A stretch of 38,563 bases of DNA from Candidatus Woykebacteria bacterium RBG_13_40_15. Its GTDB lineage: Bacteria > Patescibacteriota > Microgenomatia > Woykebacterales > RBG-16-39-9b. A program made the translations under genes and the position numbers. Below the pieces are notes generated by a model. It saw only the letters and a list, made by a program, of their open reading frames with translations, was not told where the DNA came from and made no database searches. Each line of letters opens with the position of its first letter. Position 1 is the first letter of the stretch. Positions 18,274 to 27,017 of this stretch are shown here, piece by piece. Location: contig MHCP01000011.1 in assembly GCA_001816655.1 (NCBI GenBank), positions 1 through 38,563 on the forward strand, written 5' to 3'.

Positions 18274-21200
18274 ATGAACATTCTGCCCAACGACGACCCC
18301 GTTGGCGGGGTCGTTTTTAAATATAAAGAGTACTTAAAACAAAGCGGTTATTCTACTCCAACCGTTAAAAACTACCTCTCAGATTTACGCTATTTTTGTG
18401 ATTGGCTGAAAAACCATCACAAGGATTTGTTTTCACTGACAAAAGGCGATCTTGATAATTATCAATTTCATCTCTCGATAATCTTCAAAAATAAGCCGTC
18501 GATAAACTCCCGCAAGGCTTCATCGCTTCGCGGGTTTCTGTCCTGGGCTACTAAAGAGCAGATACTTTCTATTCAAGAAACAGCATTAATTCAAACTGAA
18601 AGCAAGCTCACCTCAGCAAAAAAATTAACTTGGTTTCTATCCCTCATCAGCTTCAAGCCAGCCCGCGAAAGAATAAGCCATTTTACTAGCTATAGACCAG
18701 ATTGGTATCACCGCTACCATCGCTGGAGTTTTGCAGCCACTCTCCACTATATAGTCTTGATAAGCTTTCTAGTTGTGGCTGGTGGTTCTTTGATATATTT
18801 CTATATATTTAGACCAGAAATGAACCAGACAAAAAAGGAGTTTGTAGCTGAACTTGGAAGCGTCCTAGCAGCTTCCCCACCAAAGATTCTTTCCTTTCAA
18901 GGTAGACTTACTAACCCAACCACAGGACAGCCAATTATTATTGCTACCAATATAGTATTTAGAATTTACACTTCTACCAGCGGGGACACTGGTAGCCCCT
19001 GTGCCAATACTTGCAAGTGGGAATCGAAAACCTGGAGTGTAACCCCAGACGCAAACGGTATTTTCTCGGTCACTCTTGGGGACACAGGAGCTAGTGATAC
19101 AGAGATTCCAGACACCCTTTTTACTGATAACCCAACTCTTTACTTGGGTGTTAAGGTTGGGGCTGACGCTGAGATGGCCCCAAGACAGAGAATTGCTTCT
19201 TCTTCTTACGCTTTGAACTCTGATGCCCTTGAAGGTTTTCACGGATCCCAATCCCCCGGGGCCAATCAAGTACCGATCCTTGATGGAAGCGGCAACTTAA
19301 TGTTCGCCGGGGCCGCGACAATTGGTACTAGCGCAAATGCCCTGACGCTAGATTCAGCTTCGGGAACACTTGCTCTTGGCTCAGGAACAACGACAATATC
19401 TTCGGCTGGAGCTTTGACTCTAAATTCGACTACTAGCAGCGCTGTTACTCTAGATTCTAGTACCACAGGGACAATTAATATTGGAAACAACGCTAATGCC
19501 AAGACAATTAATATCGGCAATGCCACAGATACTACCCTAGTCAATATTGACTCAGGAACCAGCGGGGTAACTATCGATTCTACCGGTACCGGAGACATAC
19601 TGGTTAATTCAACCGATACTCTTCTACTAGATTCGGCTGGGGTCTTAGAGTTGAATTCGTCAGCTGGAGTAATCTCAATCGGCAACGATGCTGTGGCCCA
19701 AAATATCAATATTGGTACTGGAGCCGCTGCACGAACAATTACAATTGGAAATACAACCACCACTACCGGAATAGTCTTAACCAAAGGCGCCTCTGGTGAA
19801 ATTACCCTTACTGGCTACGATGCTACCTGCACTGCTTTGGAAACTGATGCTGATGGGCACCTAAACTGCGGAACTGACGATGGCGGAGGTGGCGCTCTTC
19901 ACCAAATTACTGCCGCCACTGGTGACAACAGCATAAACAATGCCGCATGGAATCAAGTCTGGAACTGGCAGTTGGCAGGAGCAGAATCAGGCTTTAAATT
20001 TGCCGAAAACGCTGCGTCAACGGGAGGCGGAACAAATGATCAATTTATAGTCGATATTGCTACCCTAGCAACCTCTACGGCAGGACCTCTTCGGGTGACC
20101 TCAAATTCGATAGATACTTCCGATATTGTCTTTAATTTAAACAGCCTTGGGGACATAGAAATCCAGGATGCAGGAGCTGCTTTTGCTACTTTTGCTGACG
20201 ATGGGACGATCACCTTAGGCAAATCTGCCGCAGCATCTGCAATCAACATCGGCACTGGAACAGCCGGGAATACAATTTATATCGGAACTGACAATAGCAC
20301 CAAAGACACTATTTCTATTGGCTCGGCTTTAGATGACGTAGCCATTACTGGTGATGATTGGTCAATGACTAATGCGGGCGTGCTGCAATTTGGAGCAACC
20401 GGAAGCTATGATACCAACCTTTACCGCTCCGCAGCTAACACTTTAAAAACTGATGATTCTATTATTTCCGCCGGACTTGCTTCAGTCAGTGGTAGCAATT
20501 CAGTCTCAAATGTTCCCTACAATCTTCTAACCGACAAGGCTACCACTAACCGAGTGGTCAACCCTTCTTTTGAGGTTAATGTTACTGACGGCTGGCAGGC
20601 TTATGGTGGTGCTGTAGCGGGCGATCTTTCCCAAAACGCAACGCCGTATGTGGGAACTTATTCAATGAGAATTTACAAAACAGGGGCTGCTATTAACGAT
20701 GGGGCACAAACCACAACAATGCCAGTAAGTGCTTCAACAAAGTATGTTGCTTCTGTCTTTGTCATAGCAGTTTCAGGCTCGCCAACATTTAAAATCAGCT
20801 TGACTGGTGACAATAGCGGGCAAACTCAAAGCGGCGAATACACTGCTAGAGCAGTAACTAGATGGCAACGCTTCTTTGTTTATAAACAAAGCAATAGTTC
20901 AGACACAACATTTACTTTTGAAATTTATTCCTCGGCTGCTCAAAATTTTTACATTTACGTTGATGCAGTTCAGCTTGAACAAGTTTCCTGCAATAAGTCT
21001 TCTTGTGCCACTTCCTACGCTGATGGCTCTCTCGGACCAGAGTATGCTTGGACAGGCACGGCCCACAATTCAAGTTCGACTAGAACTACCGGTATTAAAT
21101 ATTTGGGTGGGGGCACTAGCGGGCCGGATCTCTACATTGGGGGCGGTGCTTATTTCGAAGGCGGAAGCGGGGATATTGATCTAAATGGTACGATTAACGC

Positions 21201-22896
21201 TACCGATTCTTCGATATTAAGTTTATATTTCTTAGGCACTCAGTACTTAAGCCCCAACCAATTAGCTATAGCCGACGTTAGTGGGGATGGCAAGGTTAGC
21301 CTCGATGATGATATTATACTTTCTTCTCTTATATACGACACCTATCCCAACAAGTACGACCCGAAAAGATTAATCGGTAATTTATACGGTGCCGGAACTA
21401 CGACACGGTTTGATGTCAACGGAGATATGGACGTCACCGGCAGCACGATTACTTTTGGAAGCTTTGCCAGCTGCGGAGCACTTTCTACAAACAGTTCCGG
21501 CGCTCTTGTGTGCAATACCGGTACCGGCGACACGGCAACTTTTACTGACGCCTCTCCAGGTGTCGTAGCAGATTCTGATGCAACAGAAATGTTTAATGAC
21601 GCCACACGGCCAAATATAACTCCAAATTCAGCTACTCAAACTGTTTTAGTTCATGCATCAGTGCGATTGGACGCTTCAGGAATAGCTGATGCAATAGCGG
21701 CTTTCAGAATTGTCCGTGAGGATGATGGCGGTTCGACTACACCTGTCTGTGATGGTACTGACCCTCAAGTAGGAAATACAATGATCGCTGGTGATCTGTT
21801 ACTATCAACCGATTTTAGTCAAGCCCAAGCTACAGTCTTGGACGCCCCGGCCAGCACCGCCGCCGTCTATTACACTGTCTGTACCAGCACAGATACTAAT
21901 ATGGGCGCGAACGTGCCGACTGCAACAAGTGTGACGGTAACATTAATTGAACTTGGGGCCGACCTTGCGGAAAATTACTATACGACTGATGATTCAATAG
22001 CCCCTGGGCAAATAGTTTCGACTGACAACTCAATACCCGCCGGGGCGGAAAAAACCACCAGAGCTTACGACTCGCAAATCCTCGGCGTTGTTTCCACTGC
22101 TCCTGGAAAAATTCTGGATGATGGGCTAGGCCTGAACTTTGGAAGGGCAATTCCTGTCGCTTTGGTCGGTCGAGTGCCGGTAAAAGTGAATGGTGAAAAC
22201 GGACCCATCGCAGTCGGCGACCTGATAACTAGTTCGTCCACTCCCGGAGTGGGCATGAAGGCTACAAAGGCAGGTTACGTGATCGGGCGGGCTTTAACCT
22301 CCTTCAGCGGTCAAGGAGAAGGTGCTGTAGTTGCTTTCGTAAATACCCAGTACGCAGATCCTGCGAATTTAGAAGCCGAGGGAAATTTGTTAGATTTAAC
22401 CGATTCTAGTTCAACTCCTAGTGCAGAGGCAACCAACTCCTCTTCTCTCAAACTTGACACAGAAAATAATATTGTCGCAACACTTTCTAGTGGGACCAGA
22501 TTTGTCTGGGTCAATTCGCTTGGTAAAGCGCTTGCCTGGATTTCTGATACAGGCGAGGCTTTTTTTGAGAAAGTTACTGCCCTGGTTGGTAATTTCCAAA
22601 AATTGATCTTTGGTGAACTGGTCGCTTCCAAAGACTCGCAAAATGCCGGTCAGGCCAGTTTCGAGCCTGATCAAACCGAAGTGGTTATTGAATCAGAAAA
22701 AGTGACCGAAGACTCTCTAATCTACGTTACCGCGGCAACTAAAACTGACGGTATTTCCCTTTACATTAAGGAGCAAAGGCCTGGGGAAGGCTTTACAGTG
22801 GCTCTGGAACGATCTAGCGGTGATCTACCAAACGAGGCAACAGCTTCAGCAACTCAAGCGATCAAGTTCAATTGGCTAATTATTAACCGGGAATAG
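18274..22896 (+). CDS. Fusion protein: integrase/Xer N-terminal SAM-like domain, TM helix, then a large extracellular fibre (CBM-like, dockerin-like, peptidase-G2-like, FNWLIIN tail)
   Basis: YKEYLKQSGYSTPTVKNYLSDLRYFCDWL..SINSRKASSLRGFLSWA; TM ~18730-18810; ILSFQGRLTN domain; NRVVNPSFE..IYVDAVQLE; GDIDLNGTINATDSSIL..ADVSGDGKVSLDD; GADLAENY..VALVGRVPVKV. AGGA lies 7 nt before the ATG. Confidence 0.88.
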   Translation: MNILPNDDPVGGVVFKYKEYLKQSGYSTPTVKNYLSDLRYFCDWLKNHHKDLFSLTKGDLDNYQFHLSIIFKNKPSINSRKASSLRGFLSWATKEQILSIQETALIQTESKLTSAKKLTWFLSLISFKPARERISHFTSYRPDWYHRYHRWSFAATLHYIVLISFLVVAGGSLIYFYIFRPEMNQTKKEFVAELGSVLAASPPKILSFQGRLTNPTTGQPIIIATNIVFRIYTSTSGDTGSPCANTCKWESKTWSVTPDANGIFSVTLGDTGASDTEIPDTLFTDNPTLYLGVKVGADAEMAPRQRIASSSYALNSDALEGFHGSQSPGANQVPILDGSGNLMFAGAATIGTSANALTLDSASGTLALGSGTTTISSAGALTLNSTTSSAVTLDSSTTGTINIGNNANAKTINIGNATDTTLVNIDSGTSGVTIDSTGTGDILVNSTDTLLLDSAGVLELNSSAGVISIGNDAVAQNINIGTGAAARTITIGNTTTTTGIVLTKGASGEITLTGYDATCTALETDADGHLNCGTDDGGGGALHQITAATGDNSINNAAWNQVWNWQLAGAESGFKFAENAASTGGGTNDQFIVDIATLATSTAGPLRVTSNSIDTSDIVFNLNSLGDIEIQDAGAAFATFADDGTITLGKSAAASAINIGTGTAGNTIYIGTDNSTKDTISIGSALDDVAITGDDWSMTNAGVLQFGATGSYDTNLYRSAANTLKTDDSIISAGLASVSGSNSVSNVPYNLLTDKATTNRVVNPSFEVNVTDGWQAYGGAVAGDLSQNATPYVGTYSMRIYKTGAAINDGAQTTTMPVSASTKYVASVFVIAVSGSPTFKISLTGDNSGQTQSGEYTARAVTRWQRFFVYKQSNSSDTTFTFEIYSSAAQNFYIYVDAVQLEQVSCNKSSCATSYADGSLGPEYAWTGTAHNSSSTRTTGIKYLGGGTSGPDLYIGGGAYFEGGSGDIDLNGTINATDSSILSLYFLGTQYLSPNQLAIADVSGDGKVSLDDDIILSSLIYDTYPNKYDPKRLIGNLYGAGTTTRFDVNGDMDVTGSTITFGSFASCGALSTNSSGALVCNTGTGDTATFTDASPGVVADSDATEMFNDATRPNITPNSATQTVLVHASVRLDASGIADAIAAFRIVREDDGGSTTPVCDGTDPQVGNTMIAGDLLLSTDFSQAQATVLDAPASTAAVYYTVCTSTDTNMGANVPTATSVTVTLIELGADLAENYYTTDDSIAPGQIVSTDNSIPAGAEKTTRAYDSQILGVVSTAPGKILDDGLGLNFGRAIPVALVGRVPVKVNGENGPIAVGDLITSSSTPGVGMKATKAGYVIGRALTSFSGQGEGAVVAFVNTQYADPANLEAEGNLLDLTDSSSTPSAEATNSSSLKLDTENNIVATLSSGTRFVWVNSLGKALAWISDTGEAFFEKVTALVGNFQKLIFGELVASKDSQNAGQASFEPDQTEVVIESEKVTEDSLIYVTAATKTDGISLYIKEQRPGEGFTVALERSSGDLPNEATASATQAIKFNWLIINRE
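18293..18318 (+). terminator. Intrinsic-terminator-like hairpin within codons 7-15 of the SAM-fibre gene
   Basis: ACGACCCCG-TTGG-CGGGGTCGT-TTTT. Confidence 0.55.
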
Positions 22897-22924
22897 TTGG
22901 TAGTTGGTATTTAGTATTATGTAT
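22894..22924. repeat. Heptamer array, left arm of four-helix-bundle cassette 2
   Basis: TAGTTGG TAGTTGG TATTTAG TATTATG TAT, starting at the stop codon of the fibre gene. Confidence 0.8.
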
Positions 22925-22928
22925 AAAA

Positions 22929-23309
22929 ATGAGAACAGAAAAGATAAAATCTTTTACTGATTTAACAGCATGGAAAGAGGCTCACAAATTAGTACTCGCG
23001 ATTTACAAAGTTGTAAAAACATTTCCAAAAGAAGAAAAATTCTGTTTAATTGATCAGATCAGGAGGGCATCTATTTCTGTTTCCTCCAATATTGCCGAAG
23101 GTTTTTCAAGGAAATCGGATTTGGAAAAGAGCCATTTTTACTATCAGGCGCTTGGTTCTTTAACTGAATTACAAAACCAATTATTAGTCGCAAGAGACGT
23201 TGGTTACATTAAAGAAAAGGCCTTTCTAGAACTAGCTAATCAAACAATAGTAGTCAGCAAATTGATTAATTCTTTAATAAGATATTTGAAGGGGAAAAAT
23301 AATACCTAA
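22929..23309 (+). CDS. Four-helix-bundle protein (TIGR02436 / 23S rRNA IVS-protein family)
   Basis: SFTDLTAWKEAHKLVLAIYKVVKTFPKEEKFCLIDQIRRASISVSSNIAEGFSR..GSLTELQNQL. Confidence 0.93.
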   Translation: MRTEKIKSFTDLTAWKEAHKLVLAIYKVVKTFPKEEKFCLIDQIRRASISVSSNIAEGFSRKSDLEKSHFYYQALGSLTELQNQLLVARDVGYIKEKAFLELANQTIVVSKLINSLIRYLKGKNNT

Positions 23310-23335
23310 TACTTACTACTCAATACTGAATACTA
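23301..23335. repeat. Heptamer array, right arm of cassette 2 (inverted)
   Basis: AATACCT AATACTT ACTACTC AATACTG AATACTA; AATACTA is the reverse complement of TAGTATT in the left arm. Confidence 0.8.
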
Positions 23336-23728
23336 ACTCCCCGGCACTTCATCTCGGGTATAACCAGCGAGGATTCCTTTAACCATATCGGCGACTTCTT
23401 TTGGTTCGTGTTCACTTTTAACGATGTACTTTACGGCTCCCTTGGAAAGAGCCGTCTCAGCATCCTTCTCACCGGACAAATTGGTCAACATCACTACGGG
23501 AATTCCTTTTGTTTCAGGATCGGCCTTGAGCCGCTCCAGAACCTGCAAACCGTTTAGTTTGGGCATCATAATATCCAAAAGAATCAAGGTTGGCTTTTCC
23601 AACCTGGCTTTATCCAAACCTTCTTGGCCATCTTTGGCCAAAGAAATCTCATACCTCTCAAAGGAAAAAATCTTTTCGTAAAGCCTGGAAATCAACGGAT
23701 CGTCTTCGACTATCAATATTTTAGCCAT
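23333..23728 (-). CDS. Single-domain response regulator (receiver only)
   Basis: KILIVEDD, LILLDIMMPKLNG, VVMLTN, YIVK; no output domain. Confidence 0.93.
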   Translation of the reverse strand: MAKILIVEDDPLISRLYEKIFSFERYEISLAKDGQEGLDKARLEKPTLILLDIMMPKLNGLQVLERLKADPETKGIPVVMLTNLSGEKDAETALSKGAVKYIVKSEHEPKEVADMVKGILAGYTRDEVPGS

Positions 23729-23745
23729 AACAAATACATTATATA

Positions 23746-25326
23746 TCAGCTTTTAGCGTTGGGCAAGGTAAAGAGGAAGATCGATTCCTTGCCAACTTGA
23801 GAGCTTTCCAAATAAATTTTTCCTCCCATTGCCTCGACTAATAATTTAGAGCTGTAAAGCCCAAGGCCTGTACCGGTAATCGTATTACGGGTAAGAATTT
23901 TTTCACCGACTTGCTGGAATCTCCTGAAAAGTAGCCTTTGATCTGGTTTAGAAATTCCAGAACCAGTATCTATCACTCGTACTGCTAGAGAGCCATTCTC
24001 CTTTTTAACTGTAACTTTTACCCCACCTTTTTCAGTAAATTTTATCGCATTGCCGATTAGATTAAAGAGAACCTGACTAGTGCGATTTCTATCAGCTGAA
24101 ACTAACGGTAACTGTATACCCTCTTTTTCTAATCGTAAATAAAGGCCTTTTGAACCGGCAGTATTCTCTAGCTGCCTTATTGTTTCTTTAATTAAATCTA
24201 GCAGATCAAATGTCTCTTTATGCAATTTAGTTTTTTTCTGTTCAAACTTTACAACATCTAAATAGTCGTTTACGAGCCCGATTAGGCGGACGGATGATTC
24301 GTGAATGTCGGAAACCATTTCCCGCAAAGATGGATCTTTCAACTGGAACGGAAAGTATTGCTTAATCATAGCTGCATTGCCTCGTATTGCAGTCAGTGGC
24401 GTTCGCATATCATGGGCAGCTACAGCAAAAAATTCATCTTTTGAACGCTCAAGTAGTTTTGCTTCTGTAATATCCTCAATTAAAACAGCTGTCCCGATAA
24501 ATTCCCTGTGGTCGTGGGGCATAGTTATGGGGTTCAAAAAAATTCGTAAAAATTTACCCTCAAGGAGTACTTCCCCAAATTCATATTGGTGCCTAGTTAG
24601 TTTGGCTTTTTCCAAGGCTTTATGTAAATTTAAGCTGCCTAATAATTTTTTCTCGATCTCACTCACTTTCGAAACCTGCTCTAGATCCAGTATTTCCTTT
24701 ACTTTCTCATTTATAGCTAAAATGCCATCTTTTGGCCCAGTTAAGACAAAACCAATCGGTAGATTGTCTATAGAAACTGCCAACTTTGCTCTTTCCCGCT
24801 GCAGTTGAATATAACCAAGATCCGTCTGTTCTTTTGCCTCTTTCAAGGCTTTTTGTTCTCTTCGTAATTCTTTAGTACGCTCCTCGACCCTACTTTCCAT
24901 AATGGCTTTTTCTTTTCTTAGTAGTTCCTCACTAATTCGTAGGGACTTCTCTGTTTGCTTAGATTTATCTCCCAAATCTTTTAACCGCCCTGTTACAACA
25001 CCAACAAATAACACACCGGCATGCCAAAATAGTCCTCCTCCCCCTATCAAAGAGGCCAAATTTGTCTCGCCAGCTAAAGTAAAAAGGAAAATATTTACAG
25101 GTAGGGAAAGGATACCGATAATTAATCCTCCCCATACCCCAAAGAGCCAACCTGCAGTAGTCACCGGCAATATCATTAAAACGGCTAATGGTAACCCGAT
25201 AATAGGCTCGATGAGCACAATAATTACTCCGTAAAAAATTACAGTAAGAAGAAGGGTAAGCCATTTAACCCAACCCGACCTAATACCCAGAAGTAAATTT
25301 CTATTAAAATCATCCATAAGTGACAT
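23746..25326 (-). CDS. Membrane sensor histidine kinase (TM, coiled coil, PAS-like, HisKA, HATPase)
   Basis: AHDMRTPLTAI (H box), NLIGNAIKFT (N), DTGSGI (G1), LFRRF (F), GTGLGL (G2). Confidence 0.93.
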   Translation of the reverse strand: MSLMDDFNRNLLLGIRSGWVKWLTLLLTVIFYGVIIVLIEPIIGLPLAVLMILPVTTAGWLFGVWGGLIIGILSLPVNIFLFTLAGETNLASLIGGGGLFWHAGVLFVGVVTGRLKDLGDKSKQTEKSLRISEELLRKEKAIMESRVEERTKELRREQKALKEAKEQTDLGYIQLQRERAKLAVSIDNLPIGFVLTGPKDGILAINEKVKEILDLEQVSKVSEIEKKLLGSLNLHKALEKAKLTRHQYEFGEVLLEGKFLRIFLNPITMPHDHREFIGTAVLIEDITEAKLLERSKDEFFAVAAHDMRTPLTAIRGNAAMIKQYFPFQLKDPSLREMVSDIHESSVRLIGLVNDYLDVVKFEQKKTKLHKETFDLLDLIKETIRQLENTAGSKGLYLRLEKEGIQLPLVSADRNRTSQVLFNLIGNAIKFTEKGGVKVTVKKENGSLAVRVIDTGSGISKPDQRLLFRRFQQVGEKILTRNTITGTGLGLYSSKLLVEAMGGKIYLESSQVGKESIFLFTLPNAKS

Positions 25327-25327
25327 G

Positions 25328-26947
25328 TTACTTCAACTGATTAGTTAAATATTTGGCGATAAAATAGGCGGGAATTATCGAAATCACTAAAAGAACCGCC
25401 GCGACTAAAAAGGTCAGCTCAATGCTGCGACCAGCCGTCTGCAATATCGAGGTCAGAGGCTTGCCGATAAACAGCATTCCCACTATGCTGTTGTCAACAT
25501 CCTTCAGCGGCGCATAGACGGCCAGAAGCGGTCGATTTAATACGTTCAAACTACCCTTAAAGGTTTTGCCTTCTTTCAAGACTTCCTGCTTAACCTGTGG
25601 ATTCTCCTCTTTGACACCAATGTAGCGGTGTTTCCCATCCGGCGCAAGAAAAGTGGTGGCGCTTCGGACATTACCGGCATACACAGCGCTGTCTAGGCCG
25701 GTGGCATTTTTTACTCCATCAACAAAGCTATTGTCAATCAAAAGTCCGGCTAAAACCGCGCCAACAATGTTTTTGTTGCTGTCTCGCACCGGAACAGCTG
25801 ATTTTATGAATATTACCGGAGAGAGAACATCCTCGCGGGTTACAACCCCAGTACTCGCCTCACCAATCAAGGCTCTTTTAACTAAAGGGTCGCTCGATAT
25901 TGAATCTCCCCAGCGATCGGTGTCCTCGCCTCGAGCAATCACCTTCCCAAACGGATCGGTAAAAATTAAACTCGGGAGCTTTTTTTCTTCAATAAATTTC
26001 TCTGAAAGTGTGCTCAAGCTTTTATGATCGCCCATCATCAAAGCGCTGGCCGCTGCAGAATTGGCGGCTAAGCTTTCGGCCGTAGCTGAAATTTCTGCTC
26101 TTTTACTGACCAAGGCGTAATCTAGGACGTTTGCTGCAGTTTCTAAATTGGCTAGAGACTCTTGCTCAACATTTCTCATAAGAAGAAAGGTAAAACTAAC
26201 CGTTGTTAAAAGAAAAACCAGTAAAGTAACTGTACTAAAAATCATAAACAGTTGGCTTTGCAGCCGCGTAACAAGATAGGACCAGCCCCATTTGCCAAAA
26301 ATTACAATACTAATAAGCAGCGTTAAATGCTCCACCCCCCACACCGGCCCAAAAGACCGAACCAAATCGAAGATAATTGGGTTGGTGCTATTTTGAAAAA
26401 ATGTAGCTAGGGAAAGGGCTTCAAAAATGGTAAGGAATAAAAACCCAAAGACAACTGGTTTCAAATGCCGTTCCAAGCCAACGATTACCCTACGGGCATA
26501 AAGAAGGCCGCTTAGCAAACTGCCAAAGGGAAGCAAAATTTTCGATAATGGGGAAAATGTTTGAAAATTGGTCAAAACAGCAAGAGCAGCGGGCTTTCCT
26601 TTTTCTTTCTTTAGTTTAAGTCCTTTAGTTTCTGGGACTGGCTGTAGGGGGTCAATAATCTGACCAAAAATTATGCTTAAGTAACCAAAAGCTCTGAAAA
26701 CGATTGTAAAGATTTCTGTTTTATCGCCAAAAATAGAAGGCCCCAAAACTGACTGCTCAATGACAGTAGCGTGAATTACAAAGGAAATAGATAGAAGTAA
26801 AAACCCGCTCCACTTGAAGATTTCTTTTTTCTCGCGGTGCACCAACCAAGCATCAAAGTAAAGCCAGGAAATGGCAAAGAAGACCAAGGCGGCGAAAAGG
26901 TTTAGCGCGAAATGAAAGTTTTGGCCAAAAAATTCTATAGGCAGCAT
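25328..26947 (-). CDS. Multi-TM membrane protein with extracellular Cache-like domain and no cytoplasmic output
   Basis: About seven N-terminal TM helices, IFTDPFGKVIAR, AVPVRD..IVGAV, YAPLKDVDNSIVGMLFIG, then a final TM and stop. Confidence 0.78.
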   Translation of the reverse strand: MLPIEFFGQNFHFALNLFAALVFFAISWLYFDAWLVHREKKEIFKWSGFLLLSISFVIHATVIEQSVLGPSIFGDKTEIFTIVFRAFGYLSIIFGQIIDPLQPVPETKGLKLKKEKGKPAALAVLTNFQTFSPLSKILLPFGSLLSGLLYARRVIVGLERHLKPVVFGFLFLTIFEALSLATFFQNSTNPIIFDLVRSFGPVWGVEHLTLLISIVIFGKWGWSYLVTRLQSQLFMIFSTVTLLVFLLTTVSFTFLLMRNVEQESLANLETAANVLDYALVSKRAEISATAESLAANSAAASALMMGDHKSLSTLSEKFIEEKKLPSLIFTDPFGKVIARGEDTDRWGDSISSDPLVKRALIGEASTGVVTREDVLSPVIFIKSAVPVRDSNKNIVGAVLAGLLIDNSFVDGVKNATGLDSAVYAGNVRSATTFLAPDGKHRYIGVKEENPQVKQEVLKEGKTFKGSLNVLNRPLLAVYAPLKDVDNSIVGMLFIGKPLTSILQTAGRSIELTFLVAAVLLVISIIPAYFIAKYLTNQLK

Positions 26948-26954
26948 CTCTTTA

Positions 26955-27017
26955 GATCTAAGTTATATGATGTAAGATTTAAGATATTTTAAATTCCTGC
27001 ATCTTCGATCTTACATC
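26955..27017. repeat. Empty heptamer-periodic inverted repeat
   Basis: GATCTAA GTTATAT GATGTAA GATTTAA GAT ... ATCTTCG ATCTTAC ATC; GATGTAAGAT and ATCTTACATC are exact complements. Confidence 0.75.

Noticed and set aside
18274-18600. Functional integrase marking a prophage or island
   Set aside because: Only the core-binding domain is present; no catalytic domain, att duplication or phage structural genes.
10308-23309. Diversity-generating retroelement suggested by Avd-fold genes next to fibre genes
   Set aside because: No reverse transcriptase in the window, and I saw no TR/VR pair differing only at adenines; the two fibre C-termini are diverged at all positions. An element elsewhere in the genome is not excluded.
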